DNA from: Puccinia triticina
Taxonomy: Eukaryota
Length of the DNA stretch: 64,000 bases
Assembly (NCBI GenBank): GCA_026914245.1
Contig: CP110440.1
Location: 2,604,001 to 2,668,000 of the forward strand
Direction: 5' to 3'
Translations under genes and position numbers: made by a program
In this document: piece by piece, positions 46,227-57,753 of the stretch
Position numbering within the stretch: the first letter of the stretch is position 1
Layout: each line of letters starts with the position of its first letter
The notes under the pieces: generated by a model
Seen by the model: the letters and a program-made list of their open reading frames with translations, nothing else
Databases searched by the model: none
What the model was told of the DNA's origin: nothing

Positions 46227-47380
46227 TAGAGATGGCCATGGGGACCCGGGTACCCACGGCGTGTCCGGGTACCTGCCATGATTTTGTAAAAACTTAGGTA
46301 CCCAGACTCGCCGCCAACACCCGCGGACAGGTACCGCCGGTACCCGTGGCGTGTGCCCCGGGTACCCTCACTATATTTTACACAACTACAGACTTTTTTC
46401 ATTTTCAAAGCCACTAGTTGTTGGAAAATAATATCTCATAAAGAAAAAACCTTGGATTATTGAATCCACAATGATCTGTCATTTGTAATAAAAAATTTCT
46501 TGCATGATCACACTTGATCTTTACCTTTTATCTTTAATTTATCCTTTTTTTCATCTTGGAGTCCTTCCTTCCACCTTTTGAGCATACCGGGGGGGATTTG
46601 GGACATGTCAGCATGAGATAATAACCACAATAGCTTGCATGTTGTCCCATCCGCATATGCTTGATTGGGTCCACCATACAAGCCGTGAATGGCATAACAA
46701 TTGAGGTGGGGTGAGGCCAGAAAAATGAGAAATGGACTTACTGGGGCTGTGAACCAATTATGATTCAGAGGAAGTGAAACTGGGAGTGAGAGCAGCGAGC
46801 GAGAGCAGCGAGCGAGAGCAGCGAGCAAGAGCAGCGAGCGAGAGCAGCGAGCGAGAGCAGCAAGCAAGAGCAGCGAGCGAGAGCAGCGAGCGAGAGCAGC
46901 GAGCAAGAGCAGCGAGCAAGAGCAGCGAGCAAGAGCAGCGAGCAAGAGCAGCGAGCGAGAGCAGCAAGCAAGAGCAGCGAGCGAGAGCAGCAAGCTGTAT
47001 TGGATGTAGAAGCACACAACTTAGATCAGCTTTCTTGCGGTGAGGGGGGGAAGGCTTGGATTTTCAGATAGATCGTTAGCTTACAGGGGATGGTTGCGAC
47101 TCAATTCTGAGTCAGATGAGGCGAGAGCAGTATCGTTTACGGTATTGGGTGTGATGTGGGACGGGTTGGGACTCGGCGGAGTCAACTCTGCGGCAGGTGC
47201 CTGAACGGGTACCTGTGTTGGACACGGGTACTTGCTATTTTTCAGCCATATGTCACAGACCCGTACTCGTACATGGCACCCGCGGGGGGGGGGGGGGGGG
47301 GGGGGGTACCCAAGGACAGGTAGGGGTACCCGCCCGCGGGTGCCGGGTACCGCCAGAAAGGTACCCACTGGCAATCTCTA
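46227..47380. mobile_element. Non-autonomous hAT-like element
   Basis: TIR TAGAGATGGCCA / TGGCAATCTCTA; 8-bp TSD GTTCAAAT; GGGTACCC subterminal repeats. Confidence 0.92.
46788..46995 (+). repeat. 13-bp minisatellite, about 16 units
   Basis: (G/A)AGAGCAGC(G/A)AGC tandem units. Confidence 0.95.
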
Positions 47381-47550
47381 GTTCAAATCTTGGTGCTGTT
47401 GCACTGCAGATTGAATCAGTCCACCAAGCATTTTTTTCTCAACTCAAGTGCGGGATTGCGGGCCTCAACAAACACATGGATGTATCTGATAGATCATGAA
47501 GTTTTTATTTCAAGCTCCGAAATCCAACTCAAGAGGTCTGCCACCATTTC

Positions 47551-48370
47551 TGTCAGCCTTGGTGATGCCAAGAGCAGTGCTCCTCTAGCTACACCGGGTG
47601 ATGGATAGGAGAGGGGATAATTCTTAAATGTTTGAGATATTTATTTCAAAGAAATAAATTAAAACATAATAAAAAACAGAGGGGCCCAACGGATCAGGGG
47701 TTGTTTTGATCCCTCTAAATATAGGTGGCTGGGGCCTGCGAGCAGGTTTGGTTTGGTTCTCAGTCTTAAAAATAATGAGAAATAGCGGCAATAAGAGAAA
47801 TGGTTTTACTTACTTATTATTTAAACCTATTCTTATTGTGGCAAAATAAAATTGAGATTTTTTGCAACAGGATCAAGACACAGACAATAAGAATACTAGA
47901 TCAATTGGAATCTGAATATTTTGAGTCAATATAGTGATTAGAATGTCTTTGGGTTGTCTTAAGCTGAGGAGATCAAAAATGAGGATGAACCTACCTCTTT
48001 AAATATTGTTTCAATCTCCTTGATAACCAATCTTTTGTCCGTCTTTCTAGCTAGTTCAATGGGGCTGTCAATGTCATCAATTGTGTATTATTTGAAAACT
48101 CGGATGAGGCGGTTTTTATTGGGATGATCCTCTTTGGGGAGGATCTAGTCATTGGTAGGTGACTCATGTCACTTAAATCTCCATGACAGGTGTACATGTA
48201 GCTTGCGCACCCAGGTATTGTTTATTATTCACCCGGAATATATTTCAAATACGCACCAGTTTATGGATTACTATCAACTTGAACTATATGTACATTATTA
48301 AGTATTTATATTTTCTATGTATCCCACTTTCTTAAATCCACAAAGTCCTAGACCTCTAGATCTAAGTTTT
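47551..48370. mobile_element. Truncated LTR related to the 43686 LTR
   Basis: Starts TGTCAGCC..GTGATGCCAAG...CTAGCTACAC like 43686; no right end or TSD found. Confidence 0.4.
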
Positions 48371-51061
48371 GGGGTGTATTATTTTACAATTCTAACAAAA
48401 ATTATCATTCACACAGTAATTTAAACATGAGCAAAAGTTGAATAATACCCAAAGACCCAAAGGCCCTATGGATGACCCTCCAGCTGTGCTGGAGCAACAA
48501 GCAAAAGTGGGCCGGTTGTTAAAGCCTAAGGTGTTTAGGGAGGGCCTAACCAAGCAGTTAGGGGGCTCCCAGGGAGGGGGTAGGACAAAACCGGATCCCC
48601 TGGGGGGACAAATCGCTGCAACACCCTCCCCTTTAAATATGCACAGTCCATGCTTGCCACCCACAGTCACCCGTCACAGCCCGTCACTCAACAGCAAACC
48701 AGCATTGCCACCACCCTGATTGTTCCTGTCCACTATCACTACTGTTGTCTCAGCCACTGCCCCATCGCCATCCGCACCTTGTGCCACACCGTGATCATGG
48801 CAACCAAGTTAGTTTTTTCCCATAGCTACCATCAGTTTCCCCCTTCAACACAACACATGGTATACCACCACTCAACACCCCTCATTCAAGCTGACAGGTA
48901 CCATCAACTTTGCTTTGGGCTGTCAGTCCCATTCAAGTATCTTGTGTTGGTCTCCATACAATGACAGACAACTGAAGATGGGTTTCAATGCGAACTTGGC
49001 TTGGAAGATTTGCTCTCTTATGCCCAGAACATCAAATGTGGTTTATTTTGAAGCGGTCACTGCCGCGGGTACTTGGTACTCAACTAGGGCCCAAATCAAG
49101 AGGATGTATACAGTGAGTAACTCACTACCAACACACATTGGGTCAATTCTGGCTGCGGGTTACCACATTAGCTCCTGTCTTTGCTGAAGCAGGTAACACA
49201 ATTAATGTCTCATCTTTTGATCAAGAGGAGGCAGCAGTCTTGATGGCCAGGATCACCATCTTCAAAGCTGAGATTGATGACTCTCCCAATGTGCTCAGGT
49301 GGCTAGACCAAATGCTTATCCGTCTTGGTCAGAAGTTTGCGGACTAAAGAAAGGAAGATCCCAGTAGTTTGTTTGGCAGATTCTATCCACAGTTCATGTT
49401 CCATCAAAGGAGAAGTCAACTTCTTCAAGTCTTCAACAACTAATTGCCTGATGAAACAGAATTTGACCGGTGAGTCTTCATAGAGCAAAGGTGGACTGAC
49501 CACTCACTTGATTATGTAGCCACTGATATCAGAAAGGCCAGGGGCAAGTATCTGTGTGTGAGCCACTGACCAGTGTGGTAAGACCATTCAAAACCAAAAT
49601 CTTTGAAAATAGGTTAAAAATACATTTCATATACATTAAATTTATATACATACCGTCAAAAAGCGTGGAAGAATTCAGTTTACAAGTCATAAGGCTATTA
49701 CATACAAATTACATAAGAACTGTTTATCTTAAAGCGCTCAAAAGCGCTGAACACCCTTGAAATCACATGTACATAATTTTGTTTTCACATGGTGTTTATT
49801 TTATCACAAGTTCACTTAAAAACCACTCATATCTTGGCAATCACCTGAATTAGGCCAAGTTTTCCCCAACAGGAAATTTCCCCACACAGATTTTCAATCA
49901 CATGTAGCAAATCACTTCTTAGACGTAATTTTCCTTCCCAATTAGTCCAAGCCAAGTGATCATAACCCAAAGAGGAAAATTGTTTTCATTACATATGTAA
50001 ATCTTTCCCAACTGGTACATTTATTTCACATTACATTGAACAGCTTTCCCCATTAGTACATTTATTTCACTCCATTGTAAATCACTCTCAGACGTGATTT
50101 TTCCTATAAAAGGAGGCCTCTCTTGCCCCTTGTTGTTTTCTTTCCCCCTCATGCTTGCATTAGTGAATGAAAATTGATATCATTCAGCAGACATCACTTC
50201 AAAAATTGCCCCCTTCCAACATTGCCTTATAAAATTGCCCCTTATCAAAAATTGCCTCACATCTCACTTTGACTCGAAAATCTGACTTATTAAATTAAGT
50301 TCAGGAATCTCCCAGAGTACTCATCACACCAAACTCTTCTAAATTATAACATAACATCAAAATTACATATTACAAGGTTTAAAATAGCAACAAGATTTAC
50401 ATAGTTAAATTCAGAAAGATTGCGCCACACTAAAATAAATAGTGTATCTCCTAGAGCTTAATTACAGGAGGGCAGCCCTTCAAGCACCTGTGTAACTTGT
50501 CATTTCCGTGATATTTTTACATTTCCCCTCCAAGCTCTGCTTACGCCCTGCGTGAGAGTTCCACACCGGTGTGGATGAGCTGGTGCCAGGTGGAGGTGGC
50601 GGTGCATCTGGTGCTCAAGATCATGGCCAGCTCGCCGTCGAGGTTGCCGGCAGCCTTGATGGCCGTGCACAGCTCAAGCCCTAGTGGTTGTCCTTTATCT
50701 TGATGTTTCTTGATGTTCATGATCAGGAGAGGTCGGCGGACAAGCAGTGCTCCTCACAGTTACCACATCTGCAGCCCCCGACACACTGTCCTGCCACGTG
50801 CCGCACCGGCGCCACCTTCAGCTTCTGGTTCCGGTTCAGCATCCCAATAAGCCCATTAGCCGTGTATCTGTCGCCCATCCCCCAAACCTTGCATATTATC
50901 TCTCTCCGAAGGGCCGCCCAGATAGAGAGAGAACCCAACCCACCGCTTCTCATCATTCATCTTCAGATCCTTGTACATAAAGACAATTGATCCCGTGCGC
51001 GTCAAGGTCACCTTGAACGTCTCTTGCCAACACATGGTTGCCCTCCACCAACCAGTTCTAC

Positions 51062-52021
51062 TAGGGGTGAGCCTGGGTTGGGTCAGCCCACAGGTCAACC
51101 CAACCCACCAGGGTCTGGGGCGGGGCGGTTCAGCCGGATGCCCATTTTTGACCCGGATGGGTCGACCCACTGGGTGGCCCGTTGTGGGTCGGGTCACAGG
51201 TTTTTGGGGATGGGTTGGCCCATGGGTACCCATTGAGACCCGGCTCACCGTGGGGATGTGAGTGATCCAGGAATCTGAAACAGTTGCTCCAGAAGCATAA
51301 TGAAGATGAAGACAACTTGGCCTTCCAACAGCATCTTGCTAAGACCAAAGGTGTTGCCTTGACTGGGACCCCACCAGAGAGCTCAATCTTTACCTTCAAG
51401 AGGCAAAAATCTCAATATCAAAGGGAATCCAATTTGACATACTCAAATGGTGGGACTTGAATTGCAATACGGTTTCCAACCCTTGCTCAACTTGCTTGAA
51501 CAATTTTGAGTATCCCAGAAACCTCTGTTGCATCCAAAGCAGTGTTCTCCACCTCCGGCCAAGTCCTACACAAATACCAAAGCCGCCTCAATCCTGATAC
51601 ACTTGAGGTGCTTGTCTGCACTCAATATTGGCTCAAAGATGACAATGAGGATCATGACACATCTGAAGAATAGAAGTGCTTCACGATGTACACATGCTTT
51701 TATTTATTTTTTTCTTCATTTCAACCATTGTGATAAGCCATACACATGATCAACAGGGTCCATTTTGTATATAGCCAGTTCAACGCACCCAGATCTTATT
51801 AAAAAACATTTTTTTGAATTACCTCTCTGGACCAACCCATGGGTTGGCCCATGACCCAACCCCCCCCCCCCCCCCCCCGACCTTCTCCACTCGGGATGGG
51901 TTGGGTCATGAGGCGGCTCTTGATATTTTAAATCTCTGACCCAACCCGCCCCGACCCATTTAAAAACGGGGCGGGGCGGGTTGGCATTTTTCCGACCCAA
52001 CCCGGCCCATCCTCATCCCTA
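51062..52021 (+). mobile_element. hAT deletion derivative with a remnant C-terminal dimerisation domain
   Basis: TIR TAGGGGTGAG / CTCATCCCTA; 8-bp TSD AGTTCTAC; FPTLAQLA*TILSIP.TSVASKAVFS.SG......SRLNPDTLEVLVC near 51470-51635. Confidence 0.92.
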
Positions 52022-53665
52022 AGTTCTACACCCCAACAACCATACACCTCATCAGCAGCCAAAATGTTAAAAAGGCAGTGCTATTGATTTCTCTTACTGC
52101 AATATGTATATACATCAAGTATCTCCTAAATCTAGGATTCCCCCCCCCCTGCAATTTTTGGTTTTTTTGAGTGCTATTGATTTGTCATTCCACACTATCT
52201 ATCTGCTTAGCGTAAAGTATATATAGCATACTATCTGGAAGACTATGGAAATAATGCTATGCAGAAAGAAGCAACATTACTGAGACGTGTAGTATCATGT
52301 GGAAAGGTCTTGAGAGAAAATTTAGGCCAGGATCTGAAAAAGAAAGTTTTGAGTGGGATGTTTGCTGCCTGTGGGGGAGGCGGGGGCTCGCTGGGGGCAA
52401 GGGGGTGAGGGGGCTTACACCACGGGCGCACCAGAACGTCATCTGGAGGTATGCGCTGCCGTTGTTCTTGTTGTGATGCAACCAGAAGATAACAGAAGAT
52501 CAAGATTACATAAACTAAGTAGCACATAATCATGTACTTAGTCTGTAACCTAGTTAGTGATATTCTAGGTAGTTCAACCGGTTAGGGCTAAAACCATGTA
52601 CTTAGTCTAACTGATCTTGCGCTCCGGCTCCAGTCTCTTTCCTCACCAAGATTGGAGACCGGATCCGCGAGTGCCAATAGCTAACCCACGACGGGATTAT
52701 TTTGTCTAGGTTAGTATTCTCTTTCACTATCTTGATACTATGCAATTTATACCGAGATTGGAGACCGGAGCGGCGAGTGCCAATAGCTAACCCGCGACGG
52801 GACTGTTTTGTCTAGCTCACATTTGCCTGAGGCATCTAATAGGTTAAAAGCCGGCTTTACGTGCACTGCGTCGATTCCTTGGTACTCCAAATGGTTGCTT
52901 GATGGATTTTCTGGATAAACAAAAGGAAATACTCAAGCAGATTGAAGAAGATCAGAAGAAGAAGAATAGAGAGCAGCAAATTGATCAAGGACGATGTGAT
53001 ATTCTCGACTTACCCGATATCACACCACAACCCCAACCCTCTTCCTCCAACTCAACTCCAGAACCACAACCCCAACCCTCTTCCTCCAACTCATACACCA
53101 TCCCTCCGTCACCGTCTTCCAGTCAAACAATGGAAGATGACCTCACACTGGCCCAAGCGCAACAAATCTTTGCCAATCTGTGCGAGGAGATAGCTGCGCT
53201 TAGGAACAACCAACTCCAAAACCAGATTGTGCATGCCCCGGTTGTTCAGCATCATCAGCGCACTCGGCAGGAACTGATCATGGAGAATTTTGTCAAGAAT
53301 CCCCTCCAGGTCCACTATCAGCTCAACCACAAGAAGCCAGTTCTACTATAAGAAGGAACAAACTTCCCCGCCTGGGAGGCCGCCCTTGATCAAACCCTCC
53401 GCCACATCCTAGTCTGACAAGAGCCATTTACTGATAAACCGGCGAATTTCAACACCTTGACCATTGATGAATGCTCCACCGTTTCAAGTCTCATTCGTAA
53501 CACTGTAGCGGACGGTTTTGGCAACATATTGGATTCCTCCAAGCTGTCGTCTCCAAAAGAAATCTTCGTTTTGCTACAAACCAAGTGCTCCAGGTCAAAT
53601 TGACGCCGCAAGATTGAACTCCTGAACAAAGTTGTGGCACTCATCAACAACAAGTCCCCGGCAAC

Positions 53666-54149
53666 TGTTGGATAAAATGTCATTACATGTCACATGTGCA
53701 GCCGCGCGCTCAAGTCAACTTCTAGAATTCTCTCTAAGTAAGGTCCTCAGCGTACAGACTCAGAACAACAAAGATCAAACTCAAGTACAAAGACCATCAC
53801 TCCTAATCATCGTCTTACGACCAGCACCAAGAGCAAGTGTGATTGCAAGTTGTCAGGGGATACTCACTCAGGGGGAGGAGAGGTACTTGGTTCATTGGTT
53901 GTTTCCTATTTCTAAAATCATCATCAACTCAATATTTCTTCATTTTTTAGTTTTATTGTTCTCTCAATCTCATCGCCATTCTCAACAGTCTGTCTATTCA
54001 CAAGAACTAAAACTTGATAGGTAAAATACTCAACAACTCTTTACTTGTTTATTGCTCAAATATTTGTTATTAACCTTTGTTTCTTGTTAGTTTTACTACT
54101 ACTGGTTTTTAAGTGTTTGCAATTGAAATTAAGACTTCCTCAAACTACA
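53666..54149. mobile_element. Solo LTR in Copia-3 gag
   Basis: TG...CA; TSD GCAAC; removal restores KSPATDITFSIW. Confidence 0.88.
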
Positions 54150-54710
54150 GCAACTGACATCACATTTTCAATCTGGGCTAAGCTGAAACCTGAACTTGCT
54201 CAGCTTAAATTGATGTGGGATGAAGCGTTTGGAATATTCTTGTAGTCGTATTTTGTCCCACCAGTTGACGTTTAGCCAATGACGTTTGAGTTCTCTATCA
54301 ACCAACACCTCAACAACAAGGAAGCGCCGTCCTTCAAAGATGTCTCGACCATCATTCAGTTTGCTGCCAATCAACTACGACACAAGACAGGCGCATCGGC
54401 TCCGGTGTTGATGTCATCAACTCCACCTGTTGATCCAATGGCGATGGACCTTGACCGCATTCAAGCTGTCCAATCCCACCCTCAATATGTCGCCCCTCAA
54501 CGCCAAACACAACAAACTCCCCAAGAACAGCCCAACTTGTCCATTGAGAAGGCCGCTCACTTCAAAGGGAAAGGACAATTGGACGCACTTTTGAAGAAGC
54601 ATGGGACTCACTGCATCTACTGCGGTGAGAACGGCCATTGGTACCCGGACTGTGCTGACTTCTGGAGAGATGTGGCTCTTAAACGCATCAATCCACCCAA
54701 TGCTGACTAC

Positions 54711-55512
54711 TGTGAGAATGGAAAGACTTAAGGTTTCATTTCATCTTATGTCAGCTCATGGTGATCTTCATGCGGGAGAGGAGAGAAAATGAAGAAGAAA
54801 AAAAACAGGAGGTGAAAGTACCTTAAGGGCAGTGGTAGGACAAGGAGAATAAGAGCGATAAGAAAATACAAGAAAAGTAACACGAGAAGAACAAGAGTGC
54901 GGTACGAGGTTGTCGCAAGCTGTCGATGATAACAAAGAAAGAAGAGTTCGAGCTAAGGTAAAAAGGGGGAGAAGAAACTGTGGATAGCGGGTTCGGATAA
55001 GGCTGTGGATAGCAGGTTCGAGGAAGATGGAAAGAGTTTGAGCTGGAGTGGTGTAAGGCTAGAAGGAGGATACACTGAGGATCAGGCCTGACAGTGAGAA
55101 GGGCATCAGTTTATATAGCCATGCGGGTGACAGGTATGACTTCTGTAACCGACGTACATAGGTTGGCCTGGTATGGAATCACAGGGCTTGATTAGTCCTG
55201 GGCAACAGCGCCTGGTTCTTGACCGGTCTGGTTGCTAGGAGATGGCAGGGTTAGGCCGTGGGCTTGACTGGTTTGGTTGAGCTCATGATCCGAGTATTTG
55301 TCGTCTGTAAGGGACGGTATTTCAGGGACATGGTTAGTTTTTCCGTGAGCCAGTTGTACTGCTTTGGGCAGTGGATAAGGGAAAAACTTACGGCCAGTGA
55401 TGGCTTTGAGAATGAAGTTTGAGGTTGCTGTCGAGGCAGTGGTGCTTGCCGCAGGGTCCGGTGACTCAGCCAAAGCGGTGGAGTTGTTCGGGCCCGGGCC
55501 TGAATCCTGACA
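54711..55512. mobile_element. Solo LTR in Copia-3 gag
   Basis: TGTGAG...CCTGACA; TSD ACTAC. Confidence 0.88.
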
Positions 55513-55979
55513 ACTACAAGATGAAGGATTTGAAATATTGACCACCACCTCAACCGGAAAACTCTGGCAACCGTCTTCAAAAGGTCAACATTCCAGAGGT
55601 GACAGATGGCGTTCTCCTCAATTCTGGCGCATCAGCACACGTAAGCGGCGCATCGTCTCTCTTCAAGGTCACCAAGAAGCTGACAAGGCCCCGCACTTTC
55701 TACCTTGCTGTGTCTGATTGCAATGTAACCGTGTCCAAAATTGGCAGAGTGACGATCCCGACTCCGACGGGTCCCCTGACAATTGAGGATGTGTATCACT
55801 GTCCGGGAGTGGATGGTATCATTCTCTCCACAGAACGGCTGTTGTCTAGCAGATGGCGTCTAGTTTACAATGGCACCCAAGCTAGACTCTATGACCCTTG
55901 TAATAATGTTTATGATAAAATCTTTCATAATTTCTGCTGGTCCCTCAAACCAGCGCATTATTGCAATGTAAAAAAAGTC

Positions 55980-56081
55980 TCCAAAGTTCCATCCTTTGAC
56001 CCCTATACATGGCATATTTGCCTCGGCCATTCCGAAGTTCCATCCTTCGACCCCTATACATGGCATCTTCGCCTCGGCCAT
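55980..56081 (+). repeat. 51-bp in-frame tandem duplication in Copia-3
   Basis: VPSFDPYTWH..LGH is encoded twice. Confidence 0.9.
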
Positions 56082-57369
56082 GTCTCTGACCAAGTGGTTA
56101 AGAACTTTCTCAGGATTAATTACCCGGAGAAGAAGGTCGTCTGGAGAGATTTCTTTTGCGAACAATGCGCAAAAACCAAAAGAATGGACAAGAAAGCTCT
56201 CGGGATGGAAACTCAAATTCCTCAAGATGATCCCCTCGACTTCTGCGTGTCGGATTTCATTGGCCCCTTGAATCTGGACATTAATGGATGCCAATATCTA
56301 GTCATGCTAGCACTTACACCTTCTGTGCTCCAATGGCGAATCGCAGTGAAGTCCCAGCAAAGATCATGGCGTGGATTTGACACTTGAAGACGGCCATTGG
56401 AAAGGCTCCCTCTTACCTCCGATGCGACAATGCCCTTGAATACACTAAAAGTCTCAAGGCGCAACTCAAATCTGTTGGGAGTCCTGGCGCCTGTGACCCC
56501 TTATTCCCCCTCTCAGAAAGGCGAGGCGGAGAGAGTTAACAGGACCCTGGGTGACATGGCGAGAACCATGTTTCATGGCAGCAGCCTGCCCAGCATCTGG
56601 TGGAGTTTTGCGTACTCGACGGCGGTGCATATTCACAACCGGCTCCCCAACACCCGGACAGGCAACAAGTCCCCTCTTGAGCTTCTGTACAAAACCAAAC
56701 CAATTCCCAAAACTCTTTACCCATTTGGTGCCCGTGCTATTATCCACATCCCTAAGGAGAAGCGTCGGAAGCTTGATGAACGGGCACGCGAGGGACAACT
56801 GCTCGGATATCCTGCGTTGGGTGCTGGATGGCTGTTCTGGGTACCTAGTGAAAACAGAATGGTCCACTCGGCAGCAGTAAAATTTCCTGATTTCCAGCGC
56901 CTGCCAGTTGAGAAAGCCAAAGCGACGCCTGCACCGGACCTGATCGCTCAACCAGACCAGGAAAATGAATCTCAAGTTGACCTCATCCTCAAGCAAATCA
57001 TGTTGAAGCTTGGAGAAGAGAAAACTTCAGAACAAGCTGGAGAAGAAAGACGTCAAATGGGATTACTTTTGACTGATGAAGAACACAATCTCCCGAAGAC
57101 AATCAAGCAGGCTTTGTCTGGTCCCGAGTCCCATCTATGGCGTGCAGCAGCGGAATACGAAATGCTGAAGTTCGATCAACTTGAGGTCTGGGTCCCGACT
57201 GTCGCGCCGAAAGGCTCCAAAGCTTTGGGAGCCAGGTGGGTATTTTCAATCAAACAAAAACCGGATGGAACGGTCGACAAATACCGTGCACGGTACGTGG
57301 ACAAGGGCTTTGGGCAGCAGATGGGTCTTGACTACAACAAGACGTATGCTTCAACAGCGTCACTTAACC

Positions 57370-57753
57370 CAAGGCTGAAACGCTGCGCTGCGCTACAAAA
57401 AAGCGGTCTTTTAGCGCAGCGCAGCGGGGGACCGCTGCGCGGTCAGCCCAAAAAGCGGTAGCGCAGCGGACGGGGCCGCTCCTTTCAGCGCCGCGCAGCG
57501 GCCACCAAAACAGCTGCGCTACGCTTTTTTGGCTGGCAGCGGGGGAGCGCTACGCGGCCAGGTCAAAAAGCGGTAGCGCAGCAATGGTTCCGCTGCGCTA
57601 CCGCTGAAAGTAGCGGGTTCCTGCTTCTTGCCAGACCCAAAAAGCGGTAGCGCAGCGGGCGGGGCCGCTACTTTCAGCGCAGCGCAGCGGCCACCAAAAC
57701 CGCTGCGCTTCACGCTGCGCTGCGCTTTTTGAAGCGCAGCGCTTTCACCCTTG
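57370..57753. mobile_element. GC-rich MITE in the Copia-3 RT
   Basis: TIR CAAGGCTGAAA-CGCTGCGC / GCGCAGCGCTTTCACCCTTG; flanks CTTAACC on both sides; GCGCAGCG motifs throughout. Confidence 0.9.

Noticed and set aside
46508..47043. Repetitive LAALARCS / RAASESSE ORFs and a CRISPR-like look
   Set aside because: Translation of a 13-bp minisatellite; no spacers, eukaryotic context
48800..49500. Possible decayed multi-exon hypothetical gene (…[16 protein letters not shown]…)
   Set aside because: Stops, and no assignable domain without a search
49550..50565. AT-rich solo-LTR-like block ending ...TTCCACA
   Set aside because: No matching TSD found
50565..51050. GC-rich coding-like fragment
   Set aside because: Interrupted by stops, product not recognisable
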